Positions 1 to 12,180 of a stretch of 64,000 nt of DNA are shown piece after piece; the stretch's first letter is position 1; the number at the start of each line of letters is the position of its first letter. The notes under the pieces are model-generated. The model did no database searches, had not been told where the DNA came from, and saw only the letters and a program-made list of their open reading frames with translations. The DNA comes from Vicugna vicugna (taxonomy: Eukaryota): assembly GCA_013265495.1 (NCBI GenBank), contig MU057711.1, positions 1,984,001 through 2,048,000 on the forward strand, given 5' to 3'. Position numbers and translations under genes: made by a program.

Positions 1-240
1 GCTAAGAGCACAGGGTCTGCAATCAGGCAGACGCGGGCTCCGAGGCCTGGCGACGACACTAACAATCTGGGTGAAGCCCGGCACGTGGCATCCCGCTGTC
101 CTCAGTTTCCTCATGGGCCCAATGGGGTGACACAAGTATCGAGCCCTCGGGGGTACCGCAGGGCGATGAGATGATGCCGGGGATGCAGATTACGGCATCA
201 GGGGCTCAGTAAAAGCCCGATAAATGGTGCCCACCGAGGA
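1..240 (+). mobile_element. MIR SINE, unusually CpG-rich
   Basis: taagagcacagg...cctcagtttcctcat...aatgggg...gatgagatgatg...cagtaaaagcccgataaatg follows the MIR layout. Confidence 0.6.
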
Positions 241-974
241 GCAGTGGCGGGGGTCCTAGCTCAGAGGCCAGCAGCAGTCCCTCCACAAAGCCATGGCGTT
301 CACGTGGAGCTTTACTGTATTTGACACACACACACACACACACCCTGAAGGATTCGCGTTTTCTTCTTGAAGGTGTTAGGTCAGGATGGCAACACCACGT
401 GTCGCATGTCACAGAAGAGAAAGCTGAGGCCTCAGCAGAGAAGCGCCTGCCGTCACACGTGGGTGTTCCGCCCAGCCCGGACTCCGAGGCTGGGCTCTCT
501 CCGCGGTCCCACCAGGTCGCCCTTGCTGTTAGCGCTGTCCTGCTGCGCTAGTTACTGCTGATCACACAGTCTGGTTTGGGGTGTGATGGGCACAGGCAGG
601 GCCCAGAGAAGCTAAAGCAGCCCACACCCCACCTGGCCGGGCCCACACTAACAGACTCCCCCAGGCCTGCAGCCCCTTGTCATCAGGTTAAAAAGTGTTC
701 TCTGGAAGCCAGATGGCCTGGAAAGCTGTCTGCCCAGGCACAAGCCCCAGGACAGACACCTCACCCCCAAGCCTTCTGAGACGTGGGCAGGATGGTGGAA
801 AGAGCCCAGGCGTGGAGCCCAGCAGGCCCAGATGTAGGTGCTGCACCTCTGACTCAGTGTACACATCTGCACCGACAGGCCGTCACAAGCACCGGATGAG
901 CTCGATACAAGGCTGACTGCCCCCACGAGCACACGGGAGATCTGTGAGAGACAGAGCAGAATACCATCGGGGCG

Positions 975-1165
975 CCCCAGGTGCCGGGCACGAGCCTAAG
1001 CACTTTGGGGGCATCAGCTTGTTTCATCCTCACAGCCACCTTATCCCCCTTCCCACGAGAAAACTGAGGCTTGAGAACCATAAATGACTAGTCCAAGGTC
1101 ACACAGCTGCAGACTGGGAAGCCAGCAACCCAGCTCTGCCTCCAACCTTCTCCACTCTTGCTGTT
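975..1165 (-). mobile_element. MIR SINE
   Basis: catcctcacagccacc...gagaaaactgaggcttgaga...ccaaggtcacacagct. Confidence 0.75.
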
Positions 1166-3004
1166 GTGCTCTCACCTTCAGAACAACCCTCAGAGTCCTC
1201 CGTCTGCATCCAGGGCCTGCCACCAGCCGGCCCCAGTCCTTCTGCCCTCAAGGACCCTTCCCCAACTCACGCATCCAGGCTACAGCCCCTGCATTTGCGT
1301 GTCCTCCTGCCTCAGGGCCATTGCTACTGGCGCTCCCGTCACTGAAATGCCCCCTCGGTGTTGGAGGCCCCACCTCACCCCTGCTGTCAAGGGGCCATTC
1401 CAGACCCCTGGATAAATAGACCTCTCCTCCCTCCCCCAGCTCCTCCTCTGGTGCCCACAGTCCTCTCTCAGTGCCGGGCTAGGGTACCAGAGCACGTGAG
1501 GCTGCCCCGGGCTGGGAGCTCCTCCAAGGCCGAGCCCCACCCTGCCTTCTTCTCTGTCCTTGTCCCGAGCCAGGGCGTTGCTGCAGCAAGCACCCACCAG
1601 CTGGTTAAAGTGAATTCACCCCCAAGCCCTTGGCCTTTTACCTTTTGTAATTTCCTAAACTGTAGGGGAAAAATTTTAAAGACAGGTGGGCATAGAGAAA
1701 AATAAAACTGAGCCATGATGTGCCCTTCTTCGTAATGCCGAATATATTCCGAGGCGGCCCATCTTACGGAACACTTTCTATGCATTACATTTTCCCTTTT
1801 TTAACAGAAGTAGGACCCCAGGCATGTCCTCACAGCCATCTTCCAGAGCCGTCACTTGCACAGGGTGTGCGTGGTGGCTCTGGAAAGCCAGCCACAAGAA
1901 GTCCACGGGCCAACGGGGAGGTGGCCAAAGAAGGGAGCCAGGGTACTGGCGGGTCTTGAAACCACATCTTAGGAGGGAAAGTGAAGGAACAGACACTGTT
2001 TAGCCCAGAGGGGCAGGCTCGTGGGGACCCCAGAGCTGTCTGCAGGCATCTGAAGTGCTGTCACAGGGCAGAGGGACTGAGCTTGTTGTGTGGCCTCAAG
2101 GGGTCAAATCGGGACCAACCAATAGAAGTCACCACAGGGAGATTTCAAGAAGGCACAGATAGGAGTCTCTCCGCAGAGGCTACGAGGGAAGGTCCGCTCA
2201 GGAGGTAGTGAGGCTGCTGGCATGGAAGGGGGTCAAGCAGACAGAGAGACCCCTGGGGAATTCAAGGCTCGAATAGAAGAAGCTGGAGTTGACGTTGACA
2301 GGCCTCTCTAGACCAGGATCAGAGGTGAGAGTTGGAGTGGGGGATGGAGGGACAGTTGGGTCGTGAATGCCCCACCACCCACCCCAAGCCATTCATAGCT
2401 GCCACCTGGAGCATGCTCAGTGGGTCATACCTTCTGGCTTTTCCAGGAAGACCAGAGATCTGAATGTTTATGTGAATCACTGCAATTTTTAAACATGCCC
2501 AAGAAACTTCTTACAGGCTAGAAAGCATCCTTTGCACTATGTGCCGGAGACCCCCAGCCTAACAAGGAACTCTCAGGACGCAAGAGGTAACCGAAAAGGA
2601 AAGTTCCTGGAAGCGCAGCCATCCCTGCAGGACAGAATGGGTTAAGGCAGGGTCTGGCTCTCTGCTCTACTCCAGGGCTGCAGCTGGCCTCCTACCTCCC
2701 ACCCCACCCCAGGCTATCAGCTGCTCAGCCCTCACCCAACCTGCCTGCCTTAGCCACCCAGCCTGGAACCCCAGATCTGGGAACAGGACAGCTGCCCTGG
2801 GGCCGGCTGGCCACAGCCAGCCAGAGAGAGATTCCGCTCCCCAGACCCTGCTGAGAACCATTTGCTCATTTGGGATGGATGCCACAGAGGCAGAGAGCAA
2901 ACCTCTGTGCCCGCTCTTCTCTCCCTCTTTCCCTGCAGCTCCTGGGCAGTGGACAGGGAGAAGAACTCCAGTGGCACAATCACTGAAACAGTGAAAAGCA
3001 TGAC

Positions 3005-3215
3005 TGTTCACTGAGCATGTACATAACATGTGATGGGCTCATATAATCCTCACAGTAACCCTGCAGGGCCATTTTTAACCATCCTCACTTCACAAGTGAG
3101 GAAACCTATGCTCAGAGAGGTTAAGACACGCACCCACAGTCACACAGCCAACAAGTGGCAGAGCTAGGATTCAAACCAGGCTTATCCACTTCTAAAACCC
3201 CACACCAAACCACTG
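3005..3215 (-). mobile_element. MIR SINE
   Basis: aatcctcacagtaaccct...gtgaggaaac...ctcagagaggttaag...gtcacacagc...gtggcagagctaggattcaaacc. Confidence 0.8.
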
Positions 3216-3654
3216 GGTCAGAGGGTCCCGGCTCCCAAGCATCTACACACCCTCTCCACCTGGTTATATTCTACAGGGTCCAGGTACTCGGTGCCTGACT
3301 GGTTGTGAAAAGGGAGAGGGCAGAGCCAATGCACTGATACAGACTGGGACATACTAGGCTAAGATGTCAAGCCATTTCCCTAAGTTTCCCTGCCTGTTCT
3401 ATGGGGGTGTCCATACCAGGTAACCAATGTTTCATAAGAAATGGGGGACCTGGGATTAAGGGCAGCAGCAGCAGGAGACAAAGACCCCATGGCCCCGGAG
3501 GTAACCTCAGACTTGTCCCATCAACACTCCTGGGATTGAGCATCCCAGCGATACTGGTGTCCCCAGTCAACAGCCTTGGGTCCAGCACAATGCTGTTCAC
3601 CCAAAGCAGTAATACCTGGGAAATCTCAAGTTGGATGGGCCGGTTTCTTTTTAA

Positions 3655-3688
3655 ACACACACACACACACACACAGACACACACACAC
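3655..3688. repeat. (CA)n microsatellite
   Basis: CA run with one GA interruption; a shorter (CA)n lies at about 324-343. Confidence 0.95.
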
Positions 3689-3879
3689 TAAAATGTTCAC
3701 TTGAGGATGGCCCTTACCCTTGGGTGGGGCTGTGGGGTCAGGGGGCATGCTCTGGGAAGCTGGCCCGGGTGTTTCTTGAGCTAATGTTGGTTACCTAGAT
3801 ACGCTCTGGTTCGTGAAACTTCAATAATAAAAGGCTAACATGAAAAGCACTGAGGAAGCACCAAATTAACTGATTGGGA

Positions 3880-4115
3880 ATTATTTCTAACAGGTTGGAA
3901 AGTGAGAAAAGGTGGAGGACTGTATGGTGTGCTTCTATTTGCATAGAGGAGGAGAGAAAATACATGCATTTCTCATACGTGTGCATGGGTGTAGAACAGC
4001 TCTGGAACTAGACAGACGAACCTAGTAACACCAGTGGCCTCCAGGGAGGAGAAGTGGGTGGCTGGGGGGGGGTGTATTTAATTTTGTGCCTTGTACATTC
4101 ATTAGCAATTAATTT
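3880..4115 (+). mobile_element. Ancient L1 3' UTR fragment (L1ME-like)
   Basis: aagtgagaaaagg...ctggaactagacagacgaacctagtaacaccagtggcctccagggagg...aattttgtgccttgtacattcattagc. Confidence 0.45.
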
Positions 4116-6649
4116 GCTTTAATGTTTATGTGTGTTCTATTTATAGTTCCCTGCCACACCACCAGGGGTACCCAGGCTGCACTTTGGGAAGCAATGCTAT
4201 GTCACTCTCCTTGGTCCCCTCCCCAGGTATGGCTCTGTTAGGCTGCGGGACTTTGGGGAAACTCCTGTCCTTCTTGGCTCCTGCATCACCGTGTGCACAA
4301 GGACACTGCACAGGACTTCCCCCAGAGCCCCCCCACATCCTGGTGCCCCAGATGTCGTGACTGGATGAATCCAACCCCATTGCTCAAAACCAGCCTAATG
4401 CGTAACTGCCTACTCCACCCCCAGCCCACCTTGACCCTGACCCCAGGCGGCTGGACCTTCCAAGCCAGCAGGACAACCTACCAGGGCAGCGTGACAGGCA
4501 GAGTGTCACCAGGTACCCACTGCCCCAGCCTCTGCTGTCAGCCCCTCCTTGTGCCCTAAGGAACCATCTCTGACCCACTTTAGACCTCAATAAACCGTCA
4601 GTCAAAATTCCGTCCTCCTCTGGGACACAGCCAGGCTGGATGCTCAGATCTTCCCAGAGAGGGAGCCTTGACCAGAGCAACACAAGAGACAGAGCGGGAC
4701 GGGGTCTCTCACCTCAGTGAGAGTTCCCAGAAGAAAACAGCCATTCCACCTTGCTCTGCTAACCTCTGAAGCTACCCTGGATTCTGTTTCTTCTTCTATT
4801 CATTCCATCAGCTCCCCTTATTCTCCTGTTAAACTCCCTTCTGGCCTGAGTTGTCCAGACTTCATTTCTGTCCTGTGAAGCCACTGAATCCTGAGGCACA
4901 GGAAAGCAGCGCAGTAGCTGAGACCATTGGGATGGTCCCACCAGCATCCCCCACCCAGAGACCCGCCCCAGAAAGGCCAAGAGCTCTCAAGGGCCAGGGG
5001 TCCAGGCCCCTGCCACCTGCCTAAGTGCCTTGGAAAAGGGCCAGAGGAGGCCTCACTCGGCCTTCCCCAGAAGCAGCAAAAGGAAGCAAGTAAACACCTC
5101 CTCTCTCAAGGACACCAGCAGGATCAGCTGGACCCCCACCTCTTCCTGCTGGAAACCCCGGAGGACTCAGGAAGCAACAGTACAAGGGGAGGCGTGCAGC
5201 TGTGCCCGGGTCTAGCTAAGGCTGCCAGCGGACCGAGAGCTGGGTCAGAGAAGGCCCTGGGCCATGGCCACAGCCTGGCCCTCAGCAGCCGTGGGGCCTC
5301 CGGCCAGGCCTGTAACACAGCCTTCTGAAACACCACCTGTAAACTAGACGTGGCTCATCTGCCTTCTCATGGGGTAAATGAAGTGCCCGGTGCGTTGTGA
5401 GCCCTGCTAAGTTATACTTACTTCTGCCAACAATGGTGCAGGGTCTGGAGGGCAAAGAAGGACAGAGGCCTGATTCCCTTTCTGGGATGGGCAACCTGAG
5501 GCTCAGGCGGGAAACATGCTTGGTGCTGAGAGCTACGCTCCAGTAAATAGAAGAAACTGATCTTCAGGGGAAAAAGAAAGAAACTCCTCCCAAACCTCCA
5601 AGTTTCTCCAAAACAACCCAATTAACTGGCGTGGCTGTACAATTTGATTCAGACTTCCAGCTCCCAATATTGTAAAACTATAAATAAATAAATGAAATAA
5701 ACACACACACAGAGAGCTCACAGCTTGATGGTCCCACTACCCCGTTTCTCCACCTGCTCTGAACCCAGGAGCATGGCCCAAGATAGGGCTCTGATGGAGG
5801 GGTGCCTGGAGTGGGAGCAGGAAGCCACGAGGAGGCCAGACTTCTCTGGGCATGTGGATGGCCAGAGAGAGGGATGGGGGCTGGATCTCTGAGGAAGCGG
5901 CCACAGAGCACTGGCCTCCATCTGCAGGTGGGCATCTCCCCTCCCCAGCCACCACAGGTGGAGCCGCGTGCTGTCAGGGCCCCACGGTCTGGAATGAAAC
6001 AAACCCAGGCCCACAGCTGGGTGACCTTTGGCAAGTTATCCAACCTCTCTGAATCTCAGTCTCCTCATCCACAAAGGGGTGGGGGGAGCACCTACCTTGT
6101 TAGGAGACTAATGCTGCTTAGTAAAGGTGGCCCTTGCTATTATTAATAAAACTATTACCATCCCTTCCCTTTCCTGGCACCCCCGACCACTTCTGGAAAA
6201 TAAAATAAAATAAGAAGCCCCCCTGGGCAGCAGCTGGACAAAAACAGATCCTGGTGTGGGATCAGAACAGGAAGTACTCTGAGAGTTTCCCAACCTTTGC
6301 TAAGCAGTTGGGCTCCCTGACATTTCCATGAGAAGGCTAATGCAAAATCTTAACTCATAAAAGAGGAAAGAGAATTGGGGGCCCAGCAGCTCATCTCTCA
6401 GCCTCCTGCTGGCTAGTTCATCCAGGCACAGTGAGAAACCACTGACCCAGTCTAATGTCCCACTGGACAGATGGGGAAGCTGAGGCACAGAGAGGTGGTA
6501 CAACTGGGGCAAAGTCACACAGCAAACAAGAAGCAGGGCTGGACCAGGGCTGTCATTGCCACAGCTATTTAACACTTAAAATGCTGGCAATGCTTGAGGC
6601 CTCCAGGGCCAGACAGCAAACAGAGAGGGGTGAGGAGGGCTTGTCGTGA

Positions 6650-6930
6650 TACACCAGGGGGCAGTGGGAGCTGTGGCCTTCTACAGCACACACACGCCCT
6701 CATGGAAACGGGAAGAGCCGGCCCACCTCGGCTGCACAGGAACTGGGGCCAGTGCTGCCAGATCTTTTGATTACTTTGAAGAAACGCTAGAAATCTGGAT
6801 TTTTGTACAAACTTTCCTGAATTTTCAGTGTTATGTTCTAATTCCAAACAAATTTCAAGCCTGAGCAGCCAATAAAGCAAAACATTCCGGCGCTGGATGT
6901 GGTCCTTGGATAACCAGTTTGCAAACCTCT
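6650..6930 (-). mobile_element. MER102-like hAT-Charlie element
   Basis: gccagatcttttga...gaaatctggattttt...ccagtttgcaaacctctg terminus. Confidence 0.65.
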
Positions 6931-8524
6931 GTTCCAGTATTTCAGCATAGGTCCTGAGTATGTTTTTTGGCATTGAGTCAAAATGACAGGAGAGGTGCTT
7001 GGAAGGTATCTTCCCCTACAAATCAGGGTTTAACCCAGTGGCTAAAATTCTACCATTAGCTATTCATTCCTTTCCGTTAACAGTGCTTTCCCAGGATGTT
7101 CTTTTAAAGAAGATTCCAAAGAGTTCGCTGTAAATGACTATTTGTCTAAAGGAGAGGCCTGAGTAGCATTTCTGTCCCAGAAAAACCGAAATTAATAATA
7201 ATAGCAGTAACTAACCGAAACTGAGCAATGATTATGCTGAAGGCACTCCCCCAAGTACTGGGGAACACAGTTGTCTGCAAAGGTTTCTGAGAGGGATGAA
7301 AAGCACATGTCTATTTTCAATAAGAAGCTGCTAAGGTCCCCCCAAAATACCAGCCCCTAGCTGAGACCAGACACTTGGTGTCTTTCCAACAGAGAAGCAT
7401 CCACCACACTTGCGATCTCAAAATAAGTCTGGCATCTTCCAGGGACAAAACTTTCAGCTGCCAAATAGCTGGGGCTCGGCTGAGGCTCTGGACACCTGAC
7501 GTTTGGGAAGGGGGGTGTGGTGCACAGAATCCTGGCGGTGGGGAAGGGAGGGCAGAGGGAGGCAGGGGAAAGTTTATCTCGACACTTTTCCCTAAAATGC
7601 TGATCTTAGGTCTAGACAACAGAAAAGATGCTGCTAAAATTACCGTGAAGTCTTTCCCCAAAAGGCATTTGGTTACATCTGATTTTAAAACACACTTGCA
7701 GAAGTCCACTCTCTCAACCCATCCTGGGCTTCCAGATGAGGGCTCTGGTAGGGGCCTCCAAGATTCCCAACTCAGTAAAGAGAAGTAGAAGCCTGCAGAG
7801 AATTTCCCAGAAGGCAGGGCAAGAACTGGAACATGGGTCCCCAACCCCAACCCAGGGTTTGGACCCTAGAGCCACAGGGATCACCACGTGCCTTAGCCTG
7901 AATGAGAAGAGCTGAGTAGAGCCAGGCTGGCAGGCAGGGGGTTCTCAGGCTGAGCTATAATCCTGGAGGTAGGAGGATAGGAGGAAAGGTAGTTTGAGAA
8001 CAAGAGAAAATAAATTAAAAAGCAAGACCACCAGGCCACCCACTTACCCCAGTGGTTCTCTGCACATGCAGCTTTAATCCATCTGTCCTTTGACCCTGTT
8101 AGATAAGTGAGTAGCAAAGTATGGTTACCTCTATTTTATTGAGGCCCAGAGAGGTTAAGACACTAGTCCAGAATCACACAGCCAGCAGAAACAGGTCTTC
8201 TATCCACCAACCTCTCTAATCTCAATTCACAAACTTCTCTTCTCTATGCTCCAACACACTGGCCTTTCCTGAATTCATCAAATGTGCCAAGCCCTTCTGG
8301 GCATAATGAGCTGTGTGCCCTACTAGCAACACCTCCAACACCCTTCTGCACGCCAGGCCCACTGTCTTCACCAAGTTACTCAGAGTTCAGTCTCAGCTCT
8401 ATCACCCCTTTTCCTGGGAAGCCTTCTATTAATTGGAAACCCAGTCCCCCTACTCCTTGACATGCTCTCCCCACAACTGAGTTGCATTATAGCATCACAC
8501 CCACAACCACCATCCCTCTACAGC

Positions 8525-8666
8525 AAGACTGCATACAAGTCACCTGGAGGCACTGTTGAAACTCAGATTCCTGGGCTCGTTCACAGAGATGTCTGATTCA
8601 GCAGATCTGGGCTGGGGCCTGAGAGTCTGCATTTCTAACAAGTTCCCAGGCAATGCTGAGGCTGAC
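8525..8666 (+). mobile_element. MER5A-like DNA transposon
   Basis: cagattcctgggc...ctgattcagcagatctgggctggggcctgagagtctgcatttctaacaagttcccagg. Confidence 0.8.
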
Positions 8667-8667
8667 C

Positions 8668-8878
8668 CTGTGCTAGCCAATGCAGTAGCCACAAACCTCA
8701 AGTGGCTACTTAAATTAAAATTAATTAAAATTAAATAAAATTAAAAATAGTAGTTCTTCAGTCACACTGGGCACATTTCAAGTGCTCAGTAACCACATGT
8801 GGCTCATGGCTACCATACTAGACAGTGCAGACCTAGAACATTTCCCTCATCACCAAAAGTTCTATTGCACGGTGCTGG
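8668..8878 (-). mobile_element. MER3 DNA transposon abutting or nested in MER5A
   Basis: attaaaattaattaaaattaaataaaattaaaaa...cacatttcaagtgctcagtaaccacatgtggc...tagaacatttcc...aaagttctattg matches the MER3 reverse complement. Confidence 0.85.
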
Positions 8879-8992
8879 TCTAGACTCCGAAGAGCATGTA
8901 TCATTGTTAATCACAGGCTTATCAAGGGGAGTGTTCGATTACTGTCATCTTTTCCATAAGACTCTACATTCCATGAGGACAGGGCCTATTAT

Positions 8993-9053
8993 TGGATGGA
9001 TGATGGAAGGATGGATGGATGGATGCACAGACGGACAGATGGATGGATGGATG
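8993..9053. repeat. (GGAT)n simple repeat
   Basis: Imperfect ggat array. Confidence 0.9.
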
Positions 9054-11974
9054 GTGAGGTCTCTGGAAGGGGCAGGGACGCCCCCAGTGGTCTAACCCCA
9101 CTCGGAGGGGCATGCTCCCATCAGCTCATGGAATGGCAAAGCTTCACATTTCCTCTCTCCTGATGGTCCTGCTGGAGTATGAACCCTCCACTCGATCCCA
9201 GAGCCCGTGCCCCCAAATATGAGCAGCAGAAGACTGTCCCCCAGGTGCCAGATAACCGTGCCTAACTGAGAGCAAGCTTTATTGGAAAAGAAAGTCAACT
9301 CTTAGATGCCCTTACTATTTTGAGTTCTTGGATGCCTAGCAAACAAGCATTGACAATCTGCCTTTAATAGCCCCAGTTCTGACTGTCTTAACGACATTTC
9401 TTTCCAACTAAGTAACCCAAATAAATTTAGTGACTTTTTTTATAAGGAGAAATAATTAAAGAACAGATGGTGTTGCTTACTTTGAAATTTTTGCTCTAAA
9501 ATAGATTTTGTGTGCACCTTGGTTGAAGTTCGACTCCCCCCCCTCCATCCGTGTGTCAGAAAAGGAGATCAGCTCACTAATTACCTGGCTGTCTTTTCCC
9601 TACAAGATCCCAATTTAAGAATCTCGTTTCGTTCTAAGAAAATTAATTCAAAATGCCAAATAATTTAAAAATGTATTAAGATTCCCCTTAGACTAGAAAG
9701 CAAAAAGGAGCTTTCATTTGTCTGCTAAAAATCACCTTGGGTAGTCGGAACGAAGTTTAGCTCTTAAGACTTGATCCCCAGAATTGAGCTCCTGGCCAAG
9801 GTATTGGTTCCATATGTCCACAAAACGTTTCATTTAAAATATATGTGCTTCTAAATTGGTCTCTGACCATTTCTGTGCCGTGGTCTCTAACCGCTCCACG
9901 CATTTTCCCAACCCTTGGAGCCTTGTTCTCCTCGGAAGCTAGACTCTTTTATTTGCATTGGAGGTAACCTATTTCCAACATGCCAAAACCTGTTCACTTT
10001 CAAAGCCACTTTTGGAGATTTTATAGCCTGAAATGGAATAAAATTTAAATTTAATAAAATTTGAGACCTGAACCAAAAAGAAAAAAAAAATGAACTGGTT
10101 TAAAAGCCAGCTACCCAGACGTTGAGGAAAATACTCTGAGAAAGCCCCACAGGGTGGAGGGGGAGAAAACCAGACCATCGTTAGCCTGCCAAATGTCATT
10201 TGGGGCTGGTTTTAGAGGAGAGCCAGAGCTGGGGATGCAATGCAATTATTTAAATCCAGAAAGAAAAATGTTTGCTCCGAAATTTGGCAGCAGCTGATTG
10301 CCTCTGGTTCTTCTGGTTTCAAACTATTCATGCGTGGGGCTGGAGGTGAGGGGGGGGGGTCGTTTCCAGCCCAGAAGAGCCTATCAGACAAGGGTGTCAC
10401 ACCTGGCCTTGAGGTGCAGCTTGCAAGTTGAAAGGTCCTGTTTTGTTTTTTTTAATCAGATGAACCAAGGGTTTCACTCTAAAGCATTGTGGGGTAGCGA
10501 ACCACATTTTTCTTTCAACCACAGGTTGTAACAAGAGGGGATTTTCTCCCTTCCTTTGTTTCTCTCTGTCTCTGCCTTTGTCCCTGGCTGGCAGCACCCC
10601 CCTGCCCCTGCCGCACTCTCTCTCTTTCCCTCCCCCTGGTTGCCGGTGTGTGAAGCCCTCGTCTGGCTGTCACTCAGGCCCCTTTGTGGGCTCCACAGGC
10701 CTTGGGGTATTACAACCCCTCACAGCCCCAGGCCCTCTGCAGCCTCGGAGGCTGTGCTCAGAAGAGGCTGCACTCAAAAGACAGCGGCAGGCCATGAGTT
10801 TGCTTTGACACTCACCAAAGGGCTCTGGAGGATGCACCGAATGCCCTTGGATGGTTTTCTCCCTACCCCAGAGATGGTTCCGGGACGAAAAACCAATCAG
10901 CACTGCATCCCTGCCCTACTAGGGGGAGAGCCGGGCTAGATGAACGACACAGAGCGCTCCAGCAGTCCCGGCTGGCGAGCTGATAGATTAATCCCAACAA
11001 GAGCCTGGGCAGAAACTCCGGGGTGTTGGTGGGGAGGCACCCAACACACAGAGCTGAGGGTGCATTTGGGCTGAAAGGTCATTCATTTGCCTCAGTCATC
11101 CCTGTAGAAATTTTGGAAGACAAGTTATTTCAAGCCAAGAAGATGCTGCCGCCTCCTCCTCCCTCCTGCAGATGCATGTCCCATTGCTGGGTCCCCAGCT
11201 GCATTAGAAGGGATGAGAACCACATTGTTAGTGAGCACAGCTTTTCTAGCACCTTCCATCCTCCTACTTCCCCTGCCCCCACCCCTTAGCCCAAAGCTCT
11301 CCCCTGATCTCCCTCCTTCTCAGCTATCCATGTCTGTCTTCATTTACAGGGTCAGAGCCCTCCTTCTCCAGGAAGTTCTCCTGGGAGAATCACAACAGGA
11401 TTGCTTACCGCAGGCTATAAGCACGTTCCACCCAGCTTACAGCCTCCTCAAAGCAACCTGAGATGAGATTCTACTGCTGCTCCCATTTAGCAGATGAGAA
11501 AACTGAGGCTCAGACTAGTTAAATGACTTGCCCAGGTAGGCAGCCGCAGAGCCAGGATTTAACTGCTTTTCCAGAAATGTGAGTGAATTCTCAATTCCTC
11601 TGGATGACCGACCCTGTGGACCCTCTGCCCACGTGGCCTTGCCCTGGGGTGTGGCCCAGAAGAGGGGATGGGCAGCACTGAGTCATCCCCATTCTCTCAT
11701 CAGGCCACCCTGGTGACTAATGACTCGACAAAGCAAAGAAGCCCTTGTGGGGGACAAGGCCTGCGATCGACCTTGAACTTAAGAGACTCCAAGCTCTGAC
11801 CAGCATCGCTAATGGGCCGGGAGTAACCTGAGCCAGCCGTTGGATGGGAGCTCGAGACATTAGGGCTGGCTGGCCTGCCGGCGGCTGGCATCACCACCTG
11901 GATAAGAGCCTCACTTCTCCATTTCACGAGGCCTCTGTTCGGCGCAACCTCTCCTCCGACAACAACAAAGCAGC

Positions 11975-12180
11975 GCCCGTTTATCAAGCGCTGACTGAGT
12001 GCCAGCACTCTGCTAAGCACTGTACACACATTATCTTGTTTAATCTTCGTGACTGTGCAGAAAACCAGTGTTAATGCGGTATTCCAGGCAAGGAAACTGA
12101 GGCTCAGAAAGGACAAGGGCGCGCAGCTAGTGAGCTCTGAGCTGCCATCTGAAAAGGTCTGTGCTCTTAACCACGGAACC
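11975..12180 (-). mobile_element. MIR SINE
   Basis: gtgccagcactctgctaagcact...tttaatctt...ggaaactgaggctcaga...gtgctcttaaccac. Confidence 0.75.
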
